From Candidatus Latescibacterota bacterium (lineage in GTDB: Bacteria; Latescibacterota; UBA2968; UBA8231): a stretch of DNA of 64,000 nucleotides. The notes under the pieces were generated by a model that made no database searches, was not told where the DNA came from, and saw only the letters and a program-made list of their open reading frames with translations. This document shows, piece by piece, positions 49,240 through 58,370 of the stretch. Position 1 is the stretch's first letter. Each line of letters begins with the position of its first letter. The position numbers were made by a program, and so were the translations under genes. Location of the stretch: NCBI GenBank assembly GCA_965197905.1, contig CBDAOB010000002.1, positions 128,001-192,000 of the forward strand. Reading direction: 5' to 3'.

Positions 49240-51087
49240 ATGTGTGGAATTGCCGGATTTACAGGGGCGCCCGATCGCCAGCTATTGCACGAGATGGCGG
49301 ACCGCATTCGCCACCGCGGTCCGGATAGCGATGGATTTTTCTCCACGGATGAGATCCACCTCGGCATGCGCCGCCTGGCTATTATTGATGTGGCAGGGGG
49401 CAAGCAGCCTATTTTTAACGAAACCGGTGACGTAGTCGTCGTCTTCAACGGGGAAATATACAATTACCGCGAATTGCCCACTTCCCTGATCGAAAAAGGT
49501 CATCGCTTTGCCACTCAGACAGATACGGAGATCCTCGTTCACCTCTATGAAGAATACGGCATCGATTTTGTCGAGCGCCTCAACGGCATGTTTGCTTTTG
49601 CCCTATGGGACGCAGGCCGTAAGCGGCTCTATCTTGCCCGCGATCCGCTTGGCATCAAACCTCTCTACTATACGCAATTGCGGGACCGCCTGGCTTTTTC
49701 TTCCGAACTCAAATCGCTACTGATCCTGCCCGGTCTGTCGCGAGAGATTTCCCCTCAGGCTCTGGAAACATACCTGAGCTATGGTTCGATTGCTGCGCCT
49801 CACAGCATTTTTCGAGCGGTGAACAAACTACCGCCAGGTCACTGGCTGCTGGCGGAGCAAAACAGCGTGCGCCTGCAGTGCTACTGGAGCCTGCCACCGC
49901 CGGATGAATCCATGCAACTTTCCCACCACTACGGCGAGGTGGAGGAGTTGCTTGGTCAGGCCGTCAAAAGCCAGCTGATCAGCGACGTGCCGCTAGGGGT
50001 ATTCCTCTCGGGCGGGCTGGATTCGAGCGCTGTGGTGGCGTTTGCCAGCAGGCATAGCTCCACACCGCTAAAAACCTTCTCGATAGGTTACGCATCGCCC
50101 GACGAGGATTACAATGAGACGGCCAAGGCGCGGCAAATTGCCGAGCATTTCGGCTGTGACCACCGGGAATTCATTCTATCTCCCAACATAGGAGAGCTCC
50201 TTGCGCCGCTGGTGCGCTGTTTCGACGAGCCCTTCGCAGACTCGTCTGCGGTGCCAACATATTTGATTTCGCGCGAGACGCGGCAGCACGTCACTGTGGC
50301 GCTGACCGGGGTAGGAGGTGATGAACTCTTTGGGGGCTATCCGCGCTACATGGGCCTCCTGCTCGCCCAACGCTTGAGCCGCATGCCGATGGCGGTGAGG
50401 CGTTTTGCGGGAAGCATAGTGAGTCATTGGCCCGACAGAGGAGGAAGTGTCAACTGGCCCGGGCGCATCAAGCGGTTTTTGGGAAATGTAGAGCGGCCTC
50501 TTGCCGAACAGTATAGTCGCTGGCTGGCTTTTTTGTCTCCCGAGCTGGTCGAAGATTTACTACAAGCTGGTAAGGTTGAGGATTCAGAGCCTGATCGGCG
50601 CATCGCTCCGCTTTCAGCAGTGCCGTCGCTGCTGGCCCAAAACGACATGCTTACCTACCTGCCATCAGATTTGCTCTGCCACACGGATCGCGTCAGCATG
50701 GCGCATTCTCTGGAGGCTCGCGTGCCATTTTTGGATAAGCCGCTTGTGGAATTCATGGCTCGCGTTCCGCTGGCAGACAAGCTGGCGGGATTTCGGCTCA
50801 AGAGTCCTTTAAAAAAGATTCTCCAGCCTCTCTTGCCCAAGGAGATTTTATCTCAAAAAAAGATGGGTTTTTCCATACCTCTCGCTCGCTGGCTGCGTGA
50901 GGAATTGGTCGATGTGCTGGATGATTGCCTGAACCCCAGCCAGTTGAAGAATCGTGGTCTCTTACAACCCGAGGCCGTTCAACACCTGCGCATGCAACAT
51001 TCCACCGGCAAGGCGAATCACGCCGACGCTTTGTGGAGTCTGCTGATGCTGGAAATTTGGTTCCGAGAGTATATGGATGGACCATAG
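49240..51087 (+). CDS. asnB: Asparagine synthase (glutamine-hydrolysing) family amidotransferase
   Basis: MCGIAG, HRGPD, FNGEIYN, LSGGLDSS, GGDELFGGY and EARVPFLD motifs. Confidence 0.95.
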   Translation: MCGIAGFTGAPDRQLLHEMADRIRHRGPDSDGFFSTDEIHLGMRRLAIIDVAGGKQPIFNETGDVVVVFNGEIYNYRELPTSLIEKGHRFATQTDTEILVHLYEEYGIDFVERLNGMFAFALWDAGRKRLYLARDPLGIKPLYYTQLRDRLAFSSELKSLLILPGLSREISPQALETYLSYGSIAAPHSIFRAVNKLPPGHWLLAEQNSVRLQCYWSLPPPDESMQLSHHYGEVEELLGQAVKSQLISDVPLGVFLSGGLDSSAVVAFASRHSSTPLKTFSIGYASPDEDYNETAKARQIAEHFGCDHREFILSPNIGELLAPLVRCFDEPFADSSAVPTYLISRETRQHVTVALTGVGGDELFGGYPRYMGLLLAQRLSRMPMAVRRFAGSIVSHWPDRGGSVNWPGRIKRFLGNVERPLAEQYSRWLAFLSPELVEDLLQAGKVEDSEPDRRIAPLSAVPSLLAQNDMLTYLPSDLLCHTDRVSMAHSLEARVPFLDKPLVEFMARVPLADKLAGFRLKSPLKKILQPLLPKEILSQKKMGFSIPLARWLREELVDVLDDCLNPSQLKNRGLLQPEAVQHLRMQHSTGKANHADALWSLLMLEIWFREYMDGP

Positions 51088-51207
51088 AGTAAATCCGGCT
51101 TTCGAGCGCGCGAAGGGTCGAGATTATGCAACCGCCACGCACGCGAGGTGGGCGACGTAGGACAGTTTGTGCGGTTCGACGGGGCAGCTGCGGCTTTGCT
51201 GCGAAGC

Positions 51208-52770
51208 CTAAATGCGATACGCAAAAACCTTGGCGCGAAACATGCGGATGCGAATCGTCACCGTATCTCCCACCGAAGAGATATCGCTCTTGCCGTTCCA
51301 GGTCACGACCCGGTTTCCCTCGTCGCCGTAGATCCAGTCGTAGTCCTCGAAGGTGAGCCCCGGAGCACCTTCTCCGTCGGGATACTTGCGCGAGGGCACG
51401 GCGTGGCGCAATTCCACCTTCACCCAGCCACCGTTGTCGCAGCGGTAGTTCAGACGCAACTCGTTGTAGTGTCGTTTCAAGGTCGGCACCGTGAAACGAC
51501 CCTCGTTCTCGGCTTCGATGCCGCATAGGCGGTGTGGCTCCCATCGCGCCCAACGCATCTGCCGTGGTTCCTGCGGCATCGGCATACCGGGGTGGAAACC
51601 GTTGTGCAGTCCAGTCCCGCCGGTGAACGAAACCGCCCAGCGCCCGTCCGGAAGCACCACGGGCCCCCCTTGGGCGTAGATGGTACCGTCGCAGCCACTG
51701 CCGGGCGCGCCAACCGGAATGCAAGGGCGCCGTTCGGGGCGATTCCAAATGAGGCCGTCGCGACTGAAGGCGATCTGATTGTCGACGTGGCCACTGATCT
51801 GATCGAAGATGTGGACCAGCATGCAGTGAAGCCCCCTGCGCCCCGGATACTCGAAGTAAAAGCCGCCGTAAAACGATACCTGCGGACCGTCGTGGGCATC
51901 CGGAAAGAGCACGAGCTTTGGCGGCGGCCAGTTGAAGAAATCCTTGGTGCGTGTGAATCCTACACACCGTCGCGTGTAGTCCAGCTCCGGCGTACTGTGC
52001 GCCAAACCTTGAATCTCCGCGTGCGCGAGTCCGTGAACGCGGATATAAGCGAAATAGGTTTTGGTCTCCGGCTCGAACATGGGATTGCTTCCGCTGCCGT
52101 CTGAAGGCATGTCGCCCACCGGTTTGTCGATCTGCGTCCAGTGCATGAGGTCGGGGGAGGTAAAACCCCGCACGTAGGCGCGCATGACCATGGGCGGACC
52201 GCTGTAGCTTTCCCGCGCGTACTCCATGTCCCCCATGCGTTTGAGTCCTTCTTCCCCCTCCAGCTCTTCGCCGGTGTCGGGATCGAACATGCCGGCGACC
52301 TCAACCCACGCCTTGAAACGTTCTTCCGGCGGCGCCTCGGGATCCTCCATGACCTGTCCGACGGTCTCTTCGCACACCAGGTTGTTCTGTGTCGAACCGT
52401 CGAAGTCAATTCTCCCGATCTCGGGCCGAGTCCACTGGTAGCCATCTTCGCTGTAGCGGTACGCGGTTCCTCCGGAGGCGCGATAAAGCATCCTGTACTG
52501 ACCGTCTTCCTGCCACACGTACTGCGGTAACAGGCCTCCTTCCCAGGCGGCATCCTCGGTGAAGAGCACGTCGGACATGGAAGCCGCTTCCACCGAAAGC
52601 CGGATGCCGGAGGGTGAATCGTAGAGACCAAACTGACCGTGGCGGTCCTTCCAGCGATTGCCGGCGTAGACGTCGAACCAGTCGAGCAGGGGTTGCCATT
52701 CCCCCGAGTTTCCCCGGGCCTCGCGACCAAAGGCCGCGCCGGGCAGTTTTGGAATTTCGCTGTGAGGCAT
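51208..52770 (-). CDS. Uncharacterised beta-propeller (GH-like) protein, copy 4
   Basis: YSEDGYQWTRP, EDPEAPPEERFKA, QIAFSRDG and MFRAKVFAY motifs; closest to 33557-34957. Confidence 0.8.
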   Translation of the reverse strand: MPHSEIPKLPGAAFGREARGNSGEWQPLLDWFDVYAGNRWKDRHGQFGLYDSPSGIRLSVEAASMSDVLFTEDAAWEGGLLPQYVWQEDGQYRMLYRASGGTAYRYSEDGYQWTRPEIGRIDFDGSTQNNLVCEETVGQVMEDPEAPPEERFKAWVEVAGMFDPDTGEELEGEEGLKRMGDMEYARESYSGPPMVMRAYVRGFTSPDLMHWTQIDKPVGDMPSDGSGSNPMFEPETKTYFAYIRVHGLAHAEIQGLAHSTPELDYTRRCVGFTRTKDFFNWPPPKLVLFPDAHDGPQVSFYGGFYFEYPGRRGLHCMLVHIFDQISGHVDNQIAFSRDGLIWNRPERRPCIPVGAPGSGCDGTIYAQGGPVVLPDGRWAVSFTGGTGLHNGFHPGMPMPQEPRQMRWARWEPHRLCGIEAENEGRFTVPTLKRHYNELRLNYRCDNGGWVKVELRHAVPSRKYPDGEGAPGLTFEDYDWIYGDEGNRVVTWNGKSDISSVGDTVTIRIRMFRAKVFAYRI

Positions 52771-53073
52771 GGTAATCTCCTGGGAAACGTTTAGATGCCG
52801 CCTGGTACGGCGGCGTCTTGTGCTCGCACCTAGCCGACGAAACTAGCTCTCCCCTGTAAAGGGCACAATCCTCGCTTGGAAACAATCTCTCGCGGTGGCT
52901 CGGACCGGCCGTGGCGACCAGCCTGGTAGAGATCGCCCGCTTTCTCGGGCGCCTCCGATCGCAGAGCAGGAAATTCTACGGACGTCCCTTGACCCGAGCA
53001 CAGATTACGACCTGCTTCGAGAGAAAACAGCGACGCTTCCAGCGTCGGTGAGACGGCGAACGCGGGGCAGGAA

Positions 53074-54447
53074 TTGAGATCCAGAGCTTGGTATTCCGGA
53101 GAAAGACCGGCAGATCCGGACTTTCTACGTCAACTCGAGGCCAGCGAATCGGAGGCGCACGTATTGTACGCACTCGAGGATGGCAGACATTACGGTGCCT
53201 ATTCCGAAGTGATGGAGGGTTTCCTCGGAAAGGTGGAGATGCTGCAACGGAATTCGGAACGGTCGCTGCTGTGGAGCTCAGAGGAGAGTATGCGAAGCTT
53301 GTTGGAAGCGATCGTCGACTTCGCAACCTCACCTGAGGAACGCCTCCACGTTCTGCGGCAGACGGGAGGGTTTCGATTCGAGCAGGGTGCCACCGCAGAG
53401 GAGATGCAGGGACAGGTGAGAGAGGTGTTTGGAGACCTCCCGCCCCGCCGTGATCGGGCGGCATTCGACGCTGCTACAGCCCGGCTCGAGGCCGTTTGGG
53501 CTCCACAGCAAGGAAGCCTTCTCGAGTTCATCATTACCAACCCTACTCAGATAGCCAGGCTTCTGGCCGAACGACTGAGCCCTGCAACTGGCCGCTACCT
53601 GGGCATCATCGGTCATACCTTCCAACGTGTGCGTCGTACCGATCTGGAGCCGTTGGCAGTTTCCCAAACTGTCGCATACGTCCGCGGTTCCGAGATTCAC
53701 CTGATCGTCGGGGTGAGAGACGTGCTGGGCGACTGGGAGTTAAAGAGGGAGGCAGGAAATGAAAGCGAGCGTTTCTCTTTGCTGGAAACCGTATTGCTGC
53801 ACGAGGTCGTAGAAATCCTTCTCCGGGAGAATATGCCGAGGATCGATCCGCTGTCATCGCATGTCATAGCTTCGACGCTCGAACGCAATCTCAGCGAAGA
53901 AGATTTGCCGTTAGCAGTAGAGGATTTTTTCGACAGCTGGATCCCACCTGCTACCAAAAGAGAAAGACGCGCCATCGTGGAAGTGGTCGACTCGGATAAC
54001 CGGCGCGGCGACCGGCGCCAAGAGGAGAGCGCCTGGCTCGCGGACCGGGAAGAATCCCCCTCCTCCGCGATGGAGGAAAATGTCCTTGTGGTCGACAGCT
54101 CTACAATGATGCGACACACTCTCTGCAAGATCGCCAAGGAGTTGGGTTATGGCACATTGGAGGCCGCAGACGGGACCGAGGGGTTTGACCTGGCCAAGCA
54201 GTACAACCCTGGATTGATTATCCTGGATCTGAAGGTACCTGAGATGGATGGAGTGGAGATGCTCAAACAGCTGCGCGCTGATAAGGAGCTCGCCAACCTT
54301 AACGTGATCGTTTTGACGACCGTGGCGAACAAGGAGATCATTCGCGCAACGCAGGAGCTGGGAGTTAAGGATTTTCTGCTCAAACCCTTGGTGGCGGATG
54401 AGGCAAAAAAGAGGATGCAGAAATATCTCAGCGAGGGAGCAAGATAA
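53074..54447 (+). CDS. Unknown N-terminal domain + C-terminal receiver domain (start uncertain)
   Basis: VLVVDSS, ILDLKVP, LTT and LKP (REC domain); LLHEVVE in the N-terminal domain. Confidence 0.8.
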   Translation: MRSRAWYSGERPADPDFLRQLEASESEAHVLYALEDGRHYGAYSEVMEGFLGKVEMLQRNSERSLLWSSEESMRSLLEAIVDFATSPEERLHVLRQTGGFRFEQGATAEEMQGQVREVFGDLPPRRDRAAFDAATARLEAVWAPQQGSLLEFIITNPTQIARLLAERLSPATGRYLGIIGHTFQRVRRTDLEPLAVSQTVAYVRGSEIHLIVGVRDVLGDWELKREAGNESERFSLLETVLLHEVVEILLRENMPRIDPLSSHVIASTLERNLSEEDLPLAVEDFFDSWIPPATKRERRAIVEVVDSDNRRGDRRQEESAWLADREESPSSAMEENVLVVDSSTMMRHTLCKIAKELGYGTLEAADGTEGFDLAKQYNPGLIILDLKVPEMDGVEMLKQLRADKELANLNVIVLTTVANKEIIRATQELGVKDFLLKPLVADEAKKRMQKYLSEGAR

Positions 54448-54510
54448 CTGCTTCCTTGGCGGCACTTTCGACGCGGGGGTGTCGCGCCGCGTTACAGTGT
54501 CAGGAGCACC

Positions 54511-56016
54511 ATGAATAAAGGACCGGACGCCGCTCGTCCCAACATCGTACTTGTCATGTCGGATCAGCATAATCGTGCTGTCATGGGGTGCGCTGGTCAT
54601 CCGCTGGTAGAGACGCCCAACCTGGACGCCCTTGCCCGAAACGGAACCCGCTTCACGAAAGCGTACTGTCCCTATCCGTTATGTGGCCCGTCCAGGGCCG
54701 GCTTCATGACCGCCCAGTATCCCAGCGACATCGGAGTTTTCGACGGGGACGATTTTCCTTCCTTGGTGCCGACCCTTGCACATGGCATGGGGATGGCCGG
54801 TTACGAGGCGGTTCTCTGCGGTCGCATGGGTTGGGGTGAGCTGGACCAATTCCATGGCTTCGAGAAACGTATCCACGGTGACGTCCTTGGATTTAACGCC
54901 ATCCATGAGGAGATAATGGGTCGCGGTTTCAACAAGACAGCTGGTCAGACGCGTTGGGCCGTCGAAGTCTCTGGCTACGGTCGCACCGGCTACCAGCTTT
55001 TCGACCAGAGCGTGGTCGAATCGGCTTGTTCATTCATCCGTGGGCGCGACCCGAACGCCCGGCCGTACTGCCTGGTGGTGGGATTGATACTGCCCCACAA
55101 TCCGCTCATCTGCCAAAGGGAACTGTTCGAATATTACCTGGACCGTGTACCGGAGCCGGAGCCGATGTCGCAGGAGTATTTCGACAAGCTGCATCCGGCG
55201 ATCAAGAGATGGCGTGAACGCCGTGAGGTAGATGACCTGATGCCCGAGCAGAACCGTCGGGGTCTGGCTGCCTACTACGGTTTGGTGACGGAAGTGGATG
55301 GTAGCGTCGGGCGCATGGTCGATGCCATAAAGGACTCATCCCAGGGAGCCAACACGATTTTCCTCTACTGCTCGGATCACGGTGATATGGCCTGCGAGCA
55401 CGGCATGTGGTGGAAGAGCAATTTCTACGAGGGTTCGGTGGGCGTTCCCCTGATCGTGTCCGGTCCTGGCCTGCGGGCGGACTGTGTCAACCATAATCTT
55501 GTCAGTCTGGTGGACGTGGGACCGACCATGTTGGATCTGGTGGGCGCTGAACCCCTGCCGGACGTTTCCGGCCGAAGTTTCGGTGCAAGCCTGCGCGGCA
55601 AGGGCGAGCTACCCGACTGGCCCGACGAACTGTTCGCCGAATACACCGGGCTTCGCGGCGACCTACCCAGCTTCATGATTCGATCCGCCCAGTGGAAGCT
55701 GAACTATTACCACGAATTTGACTCATGCCAGCTGTTCAATCTGGATGAGGATTCGGGCGAGCTGCACGATCGCGCCGCGGACGCAGACTGCCGGAAGATC
55801 GTCGAGACGTTGCTGGGCAAGATCAAGGAGCGCTGGGACGCTGCCACGTATCTGGCGGATTACCAGAAGGAACGCCGTGCCGGCGAATTTATTCGACGTT
55901 GCGGCCAAGACCTGTCGCCCCACGAGGTTACGCATTACTCGGGAATGCCCAATTACAGTCAGTTCGACTTTGCTCAGTTGCCCCAACCACCGAGGCCTAA
56001 GGAGGGAGCCAGATAA
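54511..56016 (+). CDS. Sulfatase (choline-sulfatase-like, Cys-type)
   Basis: RPNIVLVMSDQH, ETPNLD, CGPSR, SDHGD and WWKSNFYE motifs. Confidence 0.93.
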   Translation: MNKGPDAARPNIVLVMSDQHNRAVMGCAGHPLVETPNLDALARNGTRFTKAYCPYPLCGPSRAGFMTAQYPSDIGVFDGDDFPSLVPTLAHGMGMAGYEAVLCGRMGWGELDQFHGFEKRIHGDVLGFNAIHEEIMGRGFNKTAGQTRWAVEVSGYGRTGYQLFDQSVVESACSFIRGRDPNARPYCLVVGLILPHNPLICQRELFEYYLDRVPEPEPMSQEYFDKLHPAIKRWRERREVDDLMPEQNRRGLAAYYGLVTEVDGSVGRMVDAIKDSSQGANTIFLYCSDHGDMACEHGMWWKSNFYEGSVGVPLIVSGPGLRADCVNHNLVSLVDVGPTMLDLVGAEPLPDVSGRSFGASLRGKGELPDWPDELFAEYTGLRGDLPSFMIRSAQWKLNYYHEFDSCQLFNLDEDSGELHDRAADADCRKIVETLLGKIKERWDAATYLADYQKERRAGEFIRRCGQDLSPHEVTHYSGMPNYSQFDFAQLPQPPRPKEGAR

Positions 56017-56033
56017 CGCTGCTCGTCGATTAA

Positions 56034-56828
56034 ATGCTGGTCGAAGATATCCTGCTGCGTTTGAGGTTAGATGGGTGGTGTGTCGTTGAAAAGATCATAC
56101 CGGAAGATCTCGTCGATGCCGTGCGCAGTGAAGCGGAGAAGGCGACGGAAGCACAGGGGGTGAGCCGCACCTACGAAGGATTGCGCAGTGCCTGGGGAAT
56201 TCTCGGGTTGGTGCCTTCGTTCTGGTCCTACCTCACGGACGAACGGGTGTTCGGCATCGCCGAGACCTGGTTCGGGCCCCATGTGCGCATCTCCTACACC
56301 AATACCCTGATTACACAGAAGGGGAACGAGCGCGGTGGCTGGCACGCCGACTGGCCGTATAATCAGGAAAAAGCGGGTCGCATTCCCGCACCTTACGCCG
56401 ACTTTCCGGTGCAGCTTTCCAGCTTGTGGATGTTGTCCGACTTCACCGTCGAAAACGGCGGTACGTGGATTGTCCCGGGCAGCCATCGCACTTCCGACAA
56501 CCCCACCGGGGCGCTGAAGGTAGATCGTTTCCAGCCCTATCCGACCGAGATGCAGGTTACAGGTAACGCAGGCAGCGTCCTGGTCTTCGACAGCCGGCTG
56601 TGGCACGCAACCGCCACCAACAACAGTGATCGACTGCGTGTAGGGATGGTGGTTCGGTACGTTCCCTGGTGGCTCAACCTTGAGGTCTTGATGCCCGGTT
56701 CGGAGCAGCGCAGGCAGCTCGTGGAGGAAACCGGAACAAAGGAGAACGAGGTTCCACCCATAGCGGCCGAGGTGTACGAAAAACTGCCGCAGAAGGTGCA
56801 GCCTCTGTACCGTCACTGGGTAAGGTAG
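56034..56828 (+). CDS. PhyH family dioxygenase
   Basis: LDGWCVVE, WHAD, NGGT, PGSH and DSRLWH motifs. Confidence 0.9.
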   Translation: MLVEDILLRLRLDGWCVVEKIIPEDLVDAVRSEAEKATEAQGVSRTYEGLRSAWGILGLVPSFWSYLTDERVFGIAETWFGPHVRISYTNTLITQKGNERGGWHADWPYNQEKAGRIPAPYADFPVQLSSLWMLSDFTVENGGTWIVPGSHRTSDNPTGALKVDRFQPYPTEMQVTGNAGSVLVFDSRLWHATATNNSDRLRVGMVVRYVPWWLNLEVLMPGSEQRRQLVEETGTKENEVPPIAAEVYEKLPQKVQPLYRHWVR

Positions 56829-56860
56829 AATGCACAGCCCCCGAAAGGACTCATAGCGAT

Positions 56861-58366
56861 ATGGATAAGCGCGGCCCCATCTTGTCTATAACCCGGCACA
56901 TCGAGGAGGTGCTTCGACTAAAATCGGTCGATTCCGACAATTTTTCGTTCGCGGTCATATCCGACGTTCACATCTGGGAGCGCAAGACAGACTGGACCGA
57001 CCGGGTGTTCCGGGATCTTCTCCAGCGCTGCACCGATGCCGGCGCCGCGTTTATTTTCCTCGTCGGCGATTTCGGCACCCAGCAGACGGAAGCGCCGCGG
57101 GCCGGTGTCGTGACTCGGCTTGCGGACGTAGTCGTGGAGACCATCGGCTCGGTGCCAAACTGTCCCCCGGTTTTCTTTGGAATCGGCAATCATGAGCTCG
57201 ACGATGCCGGCAAACGATACTGGCTGGAAGCGATCTATCCCGGCGTCGTAACCGGGCTCACGGGCACGGCAAACGAGACCTTCATCTACTTCTCGTTCGA
57301 CTTCGGAGGTTATCACTTCGTCAGCTTGGACAGCCACGGTACGGCGCCGGTCGCGACTCCGATGCGGTCCAAGACCGGGAATTCGCATTTCGCCCGCATC
57401 CCAGACGAACAGTTCATCTGGCTCGAGCAGGATCTAGAGGCGCACCGTGGTGAGCTGAGCTTCGTATTCATGCACGAACCTTCCGAGCTGCTCGAGGATC
57501 ACCGCCCCTGGCACATGCTTCAAAGCCGCGGCCGCTTGATCGGAACGCTGCAGCGCTTTCCCGATGCGAAGTGGCTCTTTCACGGCCACACTCATCACTA
57601 TTCGCAGGTAGAAGGCTACGGTTTGAAGATCTGCCACATGGAATTTCAAAGTGGCTATCTCGTGCGTCTAAGCAACGGCGCCGCTACGCTCCACGATCTG
57701 AACGAACAGCAGACGCAGCCGACCTTTCTCGATCTGGCCGCTCATCAGCAAAGCAGGTGGTCGGACAGAGCCGGACGTCGCGTCTTCCAGGTGGCACCCA
57801 AGGGTCCCGAGATAGAGCTGTCTCTATTTGCTCAGACGGAGTCGATGAAACAGGACGGTGCAGTCGTGTCGCCGGACGGCGCTTCTATGCTGCGCGTCGA
57901 GACAGGGGTAGCCGTCGCTGATGAGGAGTCGGCGGACCGAGTTGGTTTTCTGGCCATGGACTTCATCTTGGAGATCAAACCGGGCACCACTTTCAGCTAC
58001 AAAGTCTATTTCGACCCCCAGTCAGAGCACGACCATTTCGCCCTCTCTCCGTTGATCAACACCTGTGACGAAAACCCCTATCCGCTCCTCCGCGACCAGA
58101 ACGGAGTCCTTGTGGACACGGAACCGGAGCGACTTTTGGAGAGAGAGTATAACTTGCTGGGCCAGAGCAATGGGAACTTCTGGGCGCCGACGTTGGAAGG
58201 GCGAGCTAATGGCCGTTGGTACGAGCGCGTATGCGATCTTTCTCCGCTGGAGGGCGGGTGGATAGTCGGGGTGGTGGCAAGCGCCACGCCGCCACCGGAC
58301 AGCACATTTACGGAAGGTTTCTTGCGGTTCTATCTGAGCTCCGTGGAGATCTCGTCGCCGGCCTAG
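56861..58366 (+). CDS. Calcineurin-like metallophosphoesterase with an unknown C-terminal domain
   Basis: SDVH, GD, GNHE, MHEP and HGHTH motifs. Confidence 0.88.
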   Translation: MDKRGPILSITRHIEEVLRLKSVDSDNFSFAVISDVHIWERKTDWTDRVFRDLLQRCTDAGAAFIFLVGDFGTQQTEAPRAGVVTRLADVVVETIGSVPNCPPVFFGIGNHELDDAGKRYWLEAIYPGVVTGLTGTANETFIYFSFDFGGYHFVSLDSHGTAPVATPMRSKTGNSHFARIPDEQFIWLEQDLEAHRGELSFVFMHEPSELLEDHRPWHMLQSRGRLIGTLQRFPDAKWLFHGHTHHYSQVEGYGLKICHMEFQSGYLVRLSNGAATLHDLNEQQTQPTFLDLAAHQQSRWSDRAGRRVFQVAPKGPEIELSLFAQTESMKQDGAVVSPDGASMLRVETGVAVADEESADRVGFLAMDFILEIKPGTTFSYKVYFDPQSEHDHFALSPLINTCDENPYPLLRDQNGVLVDTEPERLLEREYNLLGQSNGNFWAPTLEGRANGRWYERVCDLSPLEGGWIVGVVASATPPPDSTFTEGFLRFYLSSVEISSPA

Positions 58367-58370
58367 GCAG

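Noticed and set aside
49106..51087. Lasso peptide cluster (small ORF + AsnB-like cyclase)
   Set aside because: AsnB retains its N-terminal Cys glutaminase domain, there is no B1/B2 peptidase gene, and the peptide has no Asp/Glu at positions 7-9 of the plausible Gly-initiated core after the penultimate Thr.
52793..52818. 10-bp hairpin AGATGCCGCC-tggtac-GGCGGCGTCT as a riboswitch or terminator
   Set aside because: A single stem with no U-tract and no aptamer features.
52988..53020. Further copy of the upstream motif (CTTGACCCGAGCACAGATTAC)
   Set aside because: It lacks the T-rich box and may lie within coding sequence (SLDPS), so it was not counted.
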